Origin: a virus
Lineage: Duplodnaviria; Caudoviricetes
IMG/VR virus record: IMGVR_UViG_3300031867_000003
Coordinates: 1 to 64,000 of that record
Length of the DNA: 64,000 nucleotides
Direction: 5' to 3' (one strand)
The translations under genes and the position numbers were made by a program. The notes beneath the pieces are model-generated. The model made no database searches. It saw only the letters and a program-made list of their open reading frames with translations, and had not been told where the DNA came from. Positions 1 to 10,670 of the stretch are shown piece by piece; within the stretch, counting starts at the first letter, position 1, and each line of letters starts with the position of its first letter.

Positions 1-199
1 CTATGAAACAAATATGACACGACCGCAGCGGAATTTCATGGATAATTCCATAAAAGTAGAAATGCTTAATGCAGATGGTTGGTATAGAAAATTCTATTAC
101 TGGTTGGATAAAGATAATCCAAATAAAAGAATCATGTCACAGGTTAGAATTAAAAATCAGTTGTATGGAAATCGTTAATTATTAAAAGGAGATGACAAA

Positions 200-3055
200 A
201 TGAAAAAATATTGGCCAATGGCGATTATTAAACGTGGTAAAGAGTGGGATATTCAGCACACATACGATGCTGCAATGTCTTATGAAAAGGCAATGGATGT
301 AATAAAGATATGGAGAGATGAGTATAAATTCGAGATTATTTCTTTCTGGATTGATGTTACTGATAACGGAAAGAAAATTGAGAGAAGTACTCCGTATGTA
401 TATCTTAATCTTGTAAAAGAACTCTGGGAAGATTTCGGTGATGTTCCGATGAATCCTGAAACGGAATGCATCGAAGATTTCTGGGGAAGATTTGTTCCAG
501 GTACTCACAGAGAAGAGATCTGGCACTGGTTTGAAGATACATTTCATGTTAGCGTTGCGGAAGATTTGATGTAATAAAGTCGCCTTTGATAGAGAGGAGA
601 TGATTAAATGAAATATGTTGTAACTGCATACGTTGATAAGGACAAGAAGTACGAAGTAAACGTAACTGTAAAGCGTAATGCCAAAAAGAGAACAGTATTT
701 ATTAAATGCATGAATGCGGTTGGTCAGATGTTAGTAAATGATAAAATCCTCACCACAGGCAAGTACGGATTTGAAACACCGTGTTTAAATAATGGTTGTC
801 TTGGTGCGGCATGGTTTAACGATCCATTCATTAATGTGACTATTCAAGAAGAAACTGGTGCTTGGATAGCACTCTAATAAAACTCGCCTTTGATGAGAGG
901 AGAAAGATAAATGAAGAACGAACGTATGATTGTCGAAGGATACGATGGAAATTATTACTTTTTTGATTATCCTGAAGATGATGAAAGGGAAGACGGAATT
1001 GGTGCCGTAGATGTAAACGATGAAATTGGTTATCATCAGTGTAAAAGATCTGCTCTTTATGATGATATGGAGGGATATGTAGATGAATTGCAGAATGAAG
1101 AAAAACTTCCTGATGGTAATTACATCGTAACTTATTTTTTCTTAAATGATGACTTGGATCTTGAACAGAGAGTTGATTTTGGTATTAGTAAAAGTGAGAT
1201 TGTTCAGAATGTTATCAGTCAGAAATATATTGAGGGAGCAGATTATTTCCAGATGAAACAGTTGGTTAGATACTAAAAAGGAGATGACATAATGAAAACA
1301 TACATTATTGATTATGTTGTTGGTAACACATATAAAGTAAAGAAGATAAAAGCGGAAACGGTTGAACAGGCAACTAAGAAAGCAAGAGTTAAATCAATTG
1401 TTGATATTAACATTGAAGAATACATTGTGAAAGACAAATATCAGCTGAGAGACTTTTAATAAAAGACACGTTTAATGAGAGGAGAAAGCTATGATAAAGG
1501 TAAGAGCAAGAGTTGATGACGATTATATGACAATGCACTTCCCGTCACTAAAGGACGCAATCAATTATGTGTCTTTTGAGTATGAGTACTATTCAAAATT
1601 ATATGTAGAAACAGAAAGATACAATGCCGCAGATACAAAAGATTGTGTCGTTTGTTTTGATGATGAAGACCATCATTGTGAATTATATAGTAATAAATTG
1701 AGAATGGCATATATTGATTCGTGGGATATGTATATGGAATGGCAGATAGAAGAGAAATGAAAATCAAGTTTGACGGGAGGAATGCAAATGGAATTCAGAA
1801 GCGCGATTGTAGATGAAACCGGCATGGTGATGTTTTGGGTTGATACTCTCCAGGGTGACGATCAGGTAGAAGCAATTCTCGCCGCTCATCCGGAGTGGTC
1901 ATGTGTAGCAATTGAACAGAGCGATTATTAAAGAAGGGAGCGTGATACAATGAGCAACACAATAGAAAGCTGTGCAACAACCGATGGAAAGATGATGTGC
2001 GAACTGGTAACCGGTAAACATTACGGAGCAACGGTATATGTAGTTCATGTGTACGAAACATCGGACTACGTAGACTACAAAGAAACTCACCGGTCTTATC
2101 CGATAGGCAACAAGGTAAAGGCGAAGACATTATATAAGAAGTACACTAATTTGTACTTGAGAAATCGCAAGTAATTATTAAGGAGGAAAAACCATGACAG
2201 AAATGTTGATTAAAAACGTATCTACCGCAGCAACTAGAGAACTTGCACAACTTAAAAAAGAAATTGCTCGTCTCGAAGAAGAACTTGACATAAAAGATCG
2301 CGCAATTAAAGAGTACCAAAAATCTGTTATTAAAAATGCTATGAAAGTAACCGAAAAGAAACCGTTCGCTCCGGCAACCAAAGTAACACCTGATCAGTTC
2401 GCCGAAATTTATGAAGCGATAGTTTATAATGCGCGTGACTTTGATAAGGAAACTCACGGATACGATTTGGACGACATAACAAATGACAGAATAACTATTA
2501 CCTGGAGAGGAATGGAAACGTCCATTGAACTTGGTGCTGAGGTAAATGAATATTTTATGGAAGCACTGAAGGAAACATACAAACAGCAGATCGGTTATTG
2601 AGGAGAACGGCTATGAGAAAACCAACATGGAGAATCACAAGAGAAAGCTTTGACTACTTAGTAGACAATATCCAATATATTGTTACTCACGCCGAGGATT
2701 ACGATCAGATGTATAACGAACTTGAGGATTTGATTGTCGGCGAAGGATTTATTGAAGAGATTACTGAGGAGGAAGACAAATGAAATTATTAAAAACACTG
2801 AGAGTTAATCAGAAAGCAAGAGTAAAACTTGATTACTTCATGGGAACGGACACTTACAAAGACATCTATCTGCCGATAGTCATCAAGGCAGAATATCCCA
2901 CCTGGTATTTATGCGAGGTTCTCCCTCACATGAATCCTCGCGGTTGGAAAACTTCCGCACCGTATCCCGTAACGATCAGTAAATGGAATCTTGCTCACGG
3001 TTTTGTTAGCGTAATTCCATACAACGAAAATAATCCCGTGCTTTATATGGCATAA
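200..3055 (+). other. Array of small hypothetical phage genes (200-574, 608-877, 911-1276, 1292-1459, 1491-1760, 1788-1931, 1950-2174, 2194-2601, 2598-2783, 2780-3055)
   Basis: Tightly packed ORFs, most preceded by a GGAG/AGGAG RBS; no family recognised. Confidence 0.8.
574..1773. repeat. Gene-junction palindromic sites, left cluster (574-589, 878-893, 1460-1475, 1758-1773)
   Basis: ATAAA-GTCGCC-TTTGA, TAAAA-CTCGCC-TTTGA, TAAAA-GACACG-TTTAA, TGAAA-ATCAAG-TTTGA, each between a stop codon and the next RBS. Confidence 0.8.
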
Positions 3056-3068
3056 ATAATCAACAACT

Positions 3069-3098
3069 AAAGGAACTGGCTTCGGCTAGTTCCTTTTT
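3069..3098 (+). terminator. Rho-independent terminator
   Basis: AAAGGAACTGGC-TTCG-GCTAGTTCCTTT hairpin followed by a T run. Confidence 0.85.
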
Positions 3099-3152
3099 AT
3101 ATAGAGAAAACAATTATTTATTATCAATCAATTATTAAGGAGTGTGCGTATA

Positions 3153-3953
3153 ATGATGAGAAAAAAAGAATTCTTTAGAAGCTATGGAATCGAGTACAGA
3201 ACTAAAGATAGCAAAATCCTTGCACCGTGGGGACAGTGGGTATCACTTCCGCTCACATGGGGGTCCAAAACACATTGCTATGGATGGAGCATGTTAGCCG
3301 GGACAAAGTCATGGAAAGTAGAGTTCAACGGCAAATCTTGCACTATGAAGGGAACTTGCCCACTTCAGTGTGAACATTGCTACGGTTGCAACGGCAGATA
3401 CGCAATGGCTTCGGTATATAACAGCATTGCTTGGAAAACAGTAGCTGCTCGTCAGTATATGGATTGGCTTGAGAACGCTATCACCGCTCAGATTAACTGG
3501 GGAAAGAACGGTAAGCCGCTCGGTTTTGTTCGTGTCCATATCACCGGTGATTTCTTCTCCGAGGAATACATTGCTATGTGGAAACGTATCAAGGCAAATT
3601 GCCCGACCACTCGTATGTGGGCTTACACCAAGAACCCTGTTGCTGAGAACGCTTTCGATGACGTTGAGGGATTCAACATTGTCAAGAGTTTGGTTCCGGG
3701 ATTTGGTCTGAATTACGGTCATTGCGATCATGTGATGGAAATGTACAACGCATTGAAATCCGCCGGAATTGAAACGCACATTTGCAGATGTGCAGTTGAT
3801 GGCGAACAGCATTGTGATACTTGCCGAGCTTGCCAGGATCTGAAGCATGTTCTGTTTCTTGAGCATGGTACTAGCTATGATCCGAAGGTAGATCCGCTCT
3901 GGGATGAGTTTGTAGCATTGGTTGAGAGCGAAGAGAACACCAGACACATTTGA
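3153..3953 (+). CDS. GP88-family (radical-SAM-like) phage protein
   Basis: CPLQCEHCY Cys cluster, VRVHITGDF, WAYTK, C-terminal C..CxxCxxC. Confidence 0.65.
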   Translation: MMRKKEFFRSYGIEYRTKDSKILAPWGQWVSLPLTWGSKTHCYGWSMLAGTKSWKVEFNGKSCTMKGTCPLQCEHCYGCNGRYAMASVYNSIAWKTVAARQYMDWLENAITAQINWGKNGKPLGFVRVHITGDFFSEEYIAMWKRIKANCPTTRMWAYTKNPVAENAFDDVEGFNIVKSLVPGFGLNYGHCDHVMEMYNALKSAGIETHICRCAVDGEQHCDTCRACQDLKHVLFLEHGTSYDPKVDPLWDEFVALVESEENTRHI

Positions 3954-3965
3954 GAAACCTATCAA

Positions 3966-4013
3966 TTAATTATTAAATAAGGTATTGACAAACAGAAAGG
4001 AATGTGGTAATAT
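3966..4013 (+). promoter_or_regulatory. SigA-like promoter with TTAATTATTAAA box
   Basis: Box 3966-3977; TTGACA 3985-3990, 17 bp, TG-extended TAATAT 4008-4013. Confidence 0.55.
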
Positions 4014-4569
4014 GACGAACAAAACAAACAATGAAATTACTCGTACAGCAACCGGTTACAAGCTTTTCGAGATGAGTCCTTCAGGTGAATTATTCCCACT
4101 GTTTATCGACAAAAACACGCCGGTGCCGATCGGCGAGTGGATGAAAGCCGAATTTCATCCCACCAAGGGATTTGCCGCTAGGGGCGGTTGGCACATCGGT
4201 GCGGATGTTCCGGATGCTCCGTGGTTAAAGTCCTATGATGGAACCGACACCGGTTATTACAAACCTCGCTTCAAACATGGAAAGCGAGTATGGTGCGAGG
4301 TTGAGTACAATGCAAGCACCGACTATAATAAGGAAGTAAGCGAGTTACCAAAGAAGTGCTTTACGGACAAAGTTCCCGACAACGGATACTATTTCTTCCG
4401 TGAAGTCGGTAAGGGAGTTTGGGTTATTACTTCTGATATTAAAGTAACCAGGGTTCTGGATGAAGATGAACGCATTGAAATAATGGATGCAATTGGGTAT
4501 AATGAGGTAGAGGCGTTCAGCAAGTACAAGGCAACTTTTGAGAAGCGCATGAAGATTGCGGTAGCGTAA
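4012..4569 (+). CDS. Hypothetical phage protein
   Basis: About 185-aa ORF with RBS; GYKLF...LFPLF...RGGWH motifs, no confident family. Confidence 0.75.
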   Translation: MTNKTNNEITRTATGYKLFEMSPSGELFPLFIDKNTPVPIGEWMKAEFHPTKGFAARGGWHIGADVPDAPWLKSYDGTDTGYYKPRFKHGKRVWCEVEYNASTDYNKEVSELPKKCFTDKVPDNGYYFFREVGKGVWVITSDIKVTRVLDEDERIEIMDAIGYNEVEAFSKYKATFEKRMKIAVA

Positions 4570-4583
4570 GGGAGGTTGATATT

Positions 4584-4733
4584 ATGGGAGCGTTTCTGAT
4601 GTTAATTGTAATCATTTGTTTATTTGGGATTTATGCCGGAGTTCGCTTAACAGGAGAAGGAAGTTCGGCTGGCCCAATACTTGTGTTTGTCTGTGGTACA
4701 CTGGCCGCCGGAATCCTTGGCGCATTGAGATAA
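4584..4733 (+). CDS. Small two-TM membrane protein
   Basis: GGAGG RBS; MGAFLMLIVIICLFGIYAG...PILVFVCGTLAAGILGALR. Confidence 0.6.
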   Translation: MGAFLMLIVIICLFGIYAGVRLTGEGSSAGPILVFVCGTLAAGILGALR

Positions 4734-4750
4734 TAATATAAGAAAGGAAA

Positions 4751-5338
4751 ATGATTATGGGAATTTTAGGAGCATTTTTGGCAGTAGGTTGGCTTGGCGG
4801 AAATTTAGTAAAAGACGCAACAAAGACAGCGAAAATAACTCCGGCTATGAACGCTGGACTTCCGGATAGAATTGAATGGCGTAATGGAAATTATTATGAT
4901 ACTGTAACAGGGAAAAGAGTTAGACGAGAATTTTTCAACGATCCTATTACCGGAATAAAAGGAACTACGGTATGGGTTAATGCAAAAACGGGAAGCGTGA
5001 TTTATGTCCCATCAAGAGAGAAATATTTTGAAAAACAAGAAATCGCTAAAAAAGAAATCGAACGATTAAAAGCGGAAAAAGATGCGGTTTGGCTTCAGGA
5101 GGCGATTGATAATAATGACAGATTTGCAAAAGTAATATTACCTTTCAGAGATGGAGTGTGTAATGTTGCGGAAGGATATTATGACAGAAAACAATTAGTG
5201 GAGAATGAAGAAGATAGAAAATATTACTTCGCCATTCATAATATTATGTTCAAAGCAGTTATTGAGAATGGACGTTGGGTACCATATAAATATGGTTCAT
5301 ATTGGATGCTTTATGAAAGATACAATAAAGATATTTAA
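4751..5338 (+). CDS. Hypothetical protein with N-terminal hydrophobic anchor
   Basis: 195-aa ORF, hydrophobic N-terminus. Confidence 0.7.
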   Translation: MIMGILGAFLAVGWLGGNLVKDATKTAKITPAMNAGLPDRIEWRNGNYYDTVTGKRVRREFFNDPITGIKGTTVWVNAKTGSVIYVPSREKYFEKQEIAKKEIERLKAEKDAVWLQEAIDNNDRFAKVILPFRDGVCNVAEGYYDRKQLVENEEDRKYYFAIHNIMFKAVIENGRWVPYKYGSYWMLYERYNKDI

Positions 5339-5357
5339 ATTATCTAGAGGTGATTAG

Positions 5358-5519
5358 ATGAGAAAACGAACAAACATGTTTACATCATATCTTACATGTA
5401 ATAAATGCGGAAAGCAATTTCCTATTATGCGTAGCAAAGGATATAAACGCGAAAAGGGGCACATTAAGGATTTATGGTGTCCATTTTGTAAGACTGAGAG
5501 TAAATTTAAAGAATTTTGA
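5358..5519 (+). CDS. Small zinc-ribbon protein
   Basis: GAGGTG RBS; CNKCGKQFPIMR...GHIKDLWCPFC, 53 aa. Confidence 0.65.
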   Translation: MRKRTNMFTSYLTCNKCGKQFPIMRSKGYKREKGHIKDLWCPFCKTESKFKEF

Positions 5520-5547
5520 AATATTATCAATAGGAGAAAAAATAATT

Positions 5548-6498
5548 ATGACTGGAAGACAGGAAGATGAAATAAAACTAAAAAATAAAATACAAAAAAT
5601 GTTAATTGACAAACCTATTATATTAAAAAAATATTATGCGTATATGGGGGAGAATAAAACAGAAAAAACAAAAAATTTGTATATATTAGGTCTTATAAGA
5701 TATAATAATTTTTTAATTATAAATAATCATACCGTAGAAGATTTTGATTATTTGCAAAATCAGAAAAAAACAGATATTAACGAATACATAGAAGAGTTAA
5801 AATATAGAAATGTTAATGGGAAAATAATAAATAACAGCAGAAGTAATATTAGGACTAATTTATATGCGGTAAAATCTTTTTTTGAGTTTTTGGAGGATGA
5901 GGAATACATTACGAAGAATCCATTTTATAACTTTAAGTTCCCAAAATTAAATGAAATTATTGAAGTTCGTCCGATAGAAAAGTCTGATATTAGAGAAATC
6001 AAAGCAAATATCCGAGCTTTTAGTAAAAATCCAGAAAGAGACGAGGCCATATTTGTTATAGGTATTAAAACTGGTTTGCGAGCATCTGCCATAACAGAAA
6101 TAAATATCTCGGATATTAATTGGGAAGATCATACGATAAAGGTAACAGAAAAAGGTAACGTAACTAGATTAGTTTATTTTGGTGAAAATACTGAAACTGC
6201 TTTGATTAAATGGCTTGATGTTAGAAAAGAAACTCCAAATTGCGACGCGTTGTTTATTAATAATAGGGGGCAAAGAATTAATTATAGTATTATCAATAGA
6301 ATGTTAAAAAAATACGGACTGGGTAATGTTCCACATAATTTGAGAAAAACATATGGCACAAATCTTTATGATGAGTCTGGGGATATTTATTTAACCGCAG
6401 AAGGGCTAGGACATAAAAATATTCAAAACACGAAAAGATACGCTCGAGTATCAGAAAAGAAGAAATTACAAGCAGCAAGATTAGTAGATAAAATATAA
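5548..6498 (+). CDS. Tyrosine recombinase/integrase (XerC-like; YopP/SroD position)
   Basis: TGLRASA (R), VTEKGN (K), PHNLRKT (HxxR), LGHKNIQNTKRY (H, Y); catalytic set intact. Confidence 0.9.
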   Translation: MTGRQEDEIKLKNKIQKMLIDKPIILKKYYAYMGENKTEKTKNLYILGLIRYNNFLIINNHTVEDFDYLQNQKKTDINEYIEELKYRNVNGKIINNSRSNIRTNLYAVKSFFEFLEDEEYITKNPFYNFKFPKLNEIIEVRPIEKSDIREIKANIRAFSKNPERDEAIFVIGIKTGLRASAITEINISDINWEDHTIKVTEKGNVTRLVYFGENTETALIKWLDVRKETPNCDALFINNRGQRINYSIINRMLKKYGLGNVPHNLRKTYGTNLYDESGDIYLTAEGLGHKNIQNTKRYARVSEKKKLQAARLVDKI

Positions 6499-6515
6499 TA
6501 ATAGTTAAAATGCGC

Positions 6516-6544
6516 TTGCAACTAATACAATTATGTTGTATTAT
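6516..6544 (+). promoter_or_regulatory. SigA-like promoter
   Basis: TTGCAA-17bp-TATTAT, the -10 overlapping a TATTATTAAA box. Confidence 0.55.
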
Positions 6545-6568
6545 TAAATAAGAGAAAGGAGACTTATC

Positions 6569-7810
6569 ATGATAAACGGCGAAGCAAGCAGAGCTGAACT
6601 TAATAATTATCTCAATGAGAAGCTGACAGAAATTACCAACAGAAAAGAAAGGATGGAACTGTATAAACAGATATATTCCAAATTCAACATTCCGATTGAA
6701 GTTGCTACCGACTACTTTACTTTCAAAAGAGATATAGCTGAGGCGTCAACATTTGAGGTATTTGCATTTTTATATTTTATTAAAAGAAGTCGTCTCAGTT
6801 TATATTTCACTGACAATGAAATAGAAGTACTGAGCAGCGAAAAAGCAGAAGAAAAAACAGTTACATTTCCGCTTGTATTTAAAGACATTGTTCAAATAAG
6901 CGAGGATCAATGGATTGGTCGCACATCATTTCAAGAACTTATGGCGATGAAGGACGCTCGATTAATTAACTATGACGAGAACGAGCAGCGAACATTCCGC
7001 CACATCAAATCCGGCAATACGGAAATCCTAAGGGTATATATAAATAAGAAGTCTGTCCAGGAAATAAAGGAGTCATTCAAAAATGGACGCTATATCCCGG
7101 ACGATATCACACTCAATATTCCACAGGGATCGGAATTCAGTTTTAGCAATAACACCCTCAAGATATATAGCCTGGTAAACGACAAATTCAACATTATTGA
7201 CGGCTATCATCGCTGGCTCGGCATGGCAGAAATATATAATTTTGACAAGGATTTCGATTACCCGATGGAGATTAGATTTGTTAACTACTCTACGGAAAAG
7301 GCAAATCAGTTTATCTTCCAGAAAGATCAAAAAACTCAGATGAAAAGGACTGATTCCGCATCTTACAATCAGTACAATGTCGCCAACCGAGTCGTTAAAA
7401 GATTAAACGAAGATCCGATGAGTAACCTTCAGGGAATGATTGCTCGTAATGACGGATTAATTAAAGAAGCCGATCTTGCAGCTGTGATTGATTCTTTCTA
7501 TGTTAAAGGCAAAGAATTTGGAAACGAAACTTCGGCAGTTGTAACTATCAAAAATGATATCCAAAAGAAATTCAATTCTTTATCTGAATCAAACCCAAAA
7601 TATCTCAATAAAAAATACACTGTCAAAGATTTAATAATTATGATGTACGTTTTTACATTGCCAGACGTTAGCGTAAATGACTATAATGAACTGATTAATT
7701 ATTTATATAATAGAAATATAGAAAATAGATGTTTTACATTCAATAGAAATTACGTAAGAAGGAAAGCTATAAACGAATTAAATAATGCACTATCAGAATG
7801 GAGGCGTTAA
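6569..7810 (+). CDS. DGQHR/DndB-like (ParB-superfamily) protein, YopQ/SroE-like
   Basis: IIDGYHRW motif, ITLN strand, QFIFQ; lies between two recombinase-fold genes. Confidence 0.75.
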   Translation: MINGEASRAELNNYLNEKLTEITNRKERMELYKQIYSKFNIPIEVATDYFTFKRDIAEASTFEVFAFLYFIKRSRLSLYFTDNEIEVLSSEKAEEKTVTFPLVFKDIVQISEDQWIGRTSFQELMAMKDARLINYDENEQRTFRHIKSGNTEILRVYINKKSVQEIKESFKNGRYIPDDITLNIPQGSEFSFSNNTLKIYSLVNDKFNIIDGYHRWLGMAEIYNFDKDFDYPMEIRFVNYSTEKANQFIFQKDQKTQMKRTDSASYNQYNVANRVVKRLNEDPMSNLQGMIARNDGLIKEADLAAVIDSFYVKGKEFGNETSAVVTIKNDIQKKFNSLSESNPKYLNKKYTVKDLIIMMYVFTLPDVSVNDYNELINYLYNRNIENRCFTFNRNYVRRKAINELNNALSEWRR

Positions 7811-7812
7811 TT

Positions 7813-8706
7813 ATGTATAATGCAGATCGCAAGCTCCAGTTTTTGAAAGAACGCAAGAGTGAGGTGGAATTATCTCCCAACACGGAAATTTGGTTTGAGT
7901 CAATGGAGTACTTTGAGAAAGAATATGACCGAGATATTTGCGAATGGACATCTACGGAAATTATTCGATATATGAAATACATGAGTACACCACGGATACA
8001 GACGTTGATTATTTTAAAAGGATCAATGAGTATATACACCGATTGGTGCATAACAAATCGCTTGGTTAACGATAATCAAAATCATTTTGCTGAGCTTACC
8101 ACGGAAACACTCTGCCAATGTATTGATTTTACAAAGCTAAGAACATTGATTCTTACCAGAGAAGAACTGATGGAAAATATCCGGACATTGAATAACTACT
8201 CGGATCGGTTTATTTTTCTCGGGCTATTTGAGGGGATTAATGCGCAGAATTTAGTCAATGTCAGCGTCTCCGATCTTGACGGAAATGAATTACGCCTCCA
8301 TGATGGTAGAACCATTACGATTAGTAAGGAGCTTTGCCACACTATCTTGATGGCAGCCGAGGAAACAACGTGGGTTAGTACTAAGATCCGCCAAAGAGAA
8401 TATGATTATATTCCTTCTGATAAGATAATCCGGTCTATTGATGTTAAGAATCCGCAGACAAATATGATGTTACTTATTGGCGGAAGGTTTAGGAGCGCAC
8501 TTAAGTATATGGGATTACCGAGCGAAATCTCGCGGAAAGATATTATGGAAGGAGGACGGTTAGATTATATCAAACAAATTATGCAAAAGAAGGATCTACC
8601 ACTAGATAATGTGTTGCGTAGTGATATTCGCAATGCGATAGAAACAAGATATGGTAAAATCCAGAACTTAACAATCTACGAAAATATATATGGGAAATTT
8701 ATTTAA
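7813..8706 (+). CDS. MrpR/YopR(SroF)-like repressor with degenerate tyrosine-recombinase fold
   Basis: MYNADRKLQFL N-terminus, FEKEYDRDICEW, FLGLFEGI; HxxR and Y catalytic motifs absent; synteny with the SPbeta yopPQR triad. Confidence 0.65.
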   Translation: MYNADRKLQFLKERKSEVELSPNTEIWFESMEYFEKEYDRDICEWTSTEIIRYMKYMSTPRIQTLIILKGSMSIYTDWCITNRLVNDNQNHFAELTTETLCQCIDFTKLRTLILTREELMENIRTLNNYSDRFIFLGLFEGINAQNLVNVSVSDLDGNELRLHDGRTITISKELCHTILMAAEETTWVSTKIRQREYDYIPSDKIIRSIDVKNPQTNMMLLIGGRFRSALKYMGLPSEISRKDIMEGGRLDYIKQIMQKKDLPLDNVLRSDIRNAIETRYGKIQNLTIYENIYGKFI

Positions 8707-8714
8707 ATGCGGCC

Positions 8715-8770
8715 TTGCAAATTGAGTCAAGGTGTGCTATGATTACTTCAGTGAATCGAACAGATGTTCG
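8715..8770 (+). promoter_or_regulatory. SigA promoter with Gram-positive LexA (SOS) box
   Basis: TTGCAA 8715-8720, 17 bp, TG-extended TATGAT 8738-8743; CGAAC-AGAT-GTTCG at 8757-8770 matches CGAACRNRYGTTCG. Confidence 0.85.
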
Positions 8771-8838
8771 ATAAATTGTTCGTTAGCTTCCCCGATAGGG
8801 AGACACTATTGGGGAAGACCTTATGGAGGAGAATTTAT

Positions 8839-9117
8839 ATGATGGACACAAGAGAAGCGCTGGTAAAAAGACTCGAGGATGTTTGTTATAACGAAACCAC
8901 TATTACAATGGAAATGAAAATGAATCCCGATCTAGGTGTTGGAATGAGTCTGGATGTAGTTCTGAGGGATGTGTCGAACGATGAAAATATGATATACATC
9001 GACATAGATGAAGGTTCCTTCACTATTGATGCTACTAACGTTGAGCATGATGAGTCTGCTGATTATTATGAATGTTATGGAAATGACGCAAATGTTATTT
9101 TTGGATTTATGTTTTGA
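8839..9117 (+). CDS. Small acidic protein under SOS-box control
   Basis: GGAGGA RBS before ATG 8839; directly downstream of the LexA box. Confidence 0.7.
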   Translation: MMDTREALVKRLEDVCYNETTITMEMKMNPDLGVGMSLDVVLRDVSNDENMIYIDIDEGSFTIDATNVEHDESADYYECYGNDANVIFGFMF

Positions 9118-9186
9118 AAAATTATTAAAAAAGGTATTGACAACAGAAAAATTCTGTTGTACAATCCTAATAGATTAATTATTAAA
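9118..9186 (+). promoter_or_regulatory. Strong SigA promoter flanked by two AATTATTAAA boxes
   Basis: TTGACA 9137-9142, 17 bp, TACAAT 9160-9165; boxes at about 9118-9129 and 9175-9186. Confidence 0.8.
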
Positions 9187-9222
9187 TGCAAATTAGTTTA
9201 ACTAGTAAAGGGGATATAGATT

Positions 9223-10217
9223 ATGGCAAAACCGGGAAAAATGAAAAAGAAATGTGAGAAGTACCGTAACCAGGGACGCAAGGAAACTAATAAAGAACTT
9301 CGTGCAAAACGCCACGAGGCTCGCATGAAGAAATTTGCCGACCGTCGAGAAGCCGGAAAAACTTATGAGTATAAACCAAATCCTTACAAGGAAGGAACTA
9401 ATGAATATAACCGCGAGGTTCTGGAACGTGCCGAGAAGAACGGATCTAAGAAAACGCAATTTGATAAAATGAAGTCTATTATGCGTAAGCTTCAGAATGA
9501 AATCAACGCACAGAAAAAAGCGGCGAAAGCCGCGGAGAGTAGTACCGCCGAAAAGAAATCAGGTGGGAAAAATAAAAGGAGGAAAAATGATGATTAAATG
9601 GTGTCATTATTATAGTAGCGAATGGAGAAGAATTTTGAAGCCCGCTGTTTTGCATGCGGAAACGAATTAAATATTAAATGGGATGAGGACGGATATGGTT
9701 ATTCAACTAAATTGGGAGTATGTCCTGGCTGTGGTAAGGTCATCATCCTACAAGTTATAGAAGACCGATGGATAAGAGAATGGGAGCGAGAGTTATTTGA
9801 GTACGATAAAAACGAACTTTGATGTGGTAAAGGAATTCGACGCTGAGAGAATGGCAGCTTTCTTAGCATCAATAGAATCTGATTTCTGCGAAGACCACAA
9901 TATTGAAGTAAGTGAATTCGACTTCGAAATGTTGAAGATAAAGTACTATAAATTCTTACTCACTCCATGTCCGGAATATTTGGGAGTTGTCGATTAGAAA
10001 GTCAGGTAAGGCAAATCTAATGTATTTGGTGGTGTTGATATTTGGGATTTGCATAGGGGTTATGGTAGTTGGCGGAGCAACGATATTATTTATTATTTCG
10101 ATCACTCCGCAGAAAGAGTTATACGAGTTATTAAAGGAGAACTACAATGACAACAGTAACAGTAACGTCCAAAGAAGCAAACAATATACTTCGAAAGCTG
10201 TACGAAGAAAAAAGTAA
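9223..10217 (+). other. Small hypothetical genes (9223-9597 very basic; 9622-9822 Zn ribbon; 9797-9997; about 10020-10217 membrane)
   Basis: ORF track, RBS motifs, overlapping stops and starts. Confidence 0.7.
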
Positions 10218-10653
10218 TTTCCGCAATAAGGAAATAGACGGAATGGAATTCCATGCGGCTGTCGGCGAAAAGCTTGATGATGTTCGCCCGGATTACAACT
10301 TTGAAGATACAAAATCTTGTATTGAAATTATAGACGACCAGATTCTCGCTATCAAACATGCGATTAACTTGTTCAACAGTTCCAGGATTGTCGGAGATAC
10401 CGGGCTAACGATTGACCAGGTGCTGATTAAGCTCGGCATGTTGACCGAGCGAAAACAAAAATTTGCCCGTATGAGAAGTATGCAAGAGAAACGCAGAGGT
10501 CAAATTACGGGAAACGTAATTGATTATATATATGCCAACTTCGATATTGACACTGCCGATATGGCGTATGAAGAGGCCGACGCCGAATTAAAACATCTCC
10601 AGACTGCACTTGATCTGGTGAATAACACAGTAACATTCGAAATTAGTTATTAA
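10147..10653 (+). CDS. Coiled-coil protein, DIP1984/DUF6847-like (copy A)
   Basis: EA..LRKL N-terminus, IKHAINLFNSSRIV..LTIDQVL, LQTALDLVNNTVTFEI; same layout as 13028-13660. Confidence 0.55.
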   Translation: MTTVTVTSKEANNILRKLYEEKSNFRNKEIDGMEFHAAVGEKLDDVRPDYNFEDTKSCIEIIDDQILAIKHAINLFNSSRIVGDTGLTIDQVLIKLGMLTERKQKFARMRSMQEKRRGQITGNVIDYIYANFDIDTADMAYEEADAELKHLQTALDLVNNTVTFEISY

Positions 10654-10670
10654 AGGAAACGAATTTCCCG

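Noticed and set aside
5548-6498. Calling this the prophage integrase with a nearby att site
   Set aside because: Phage genes continue on both sides, with no host junction or att repeat visible
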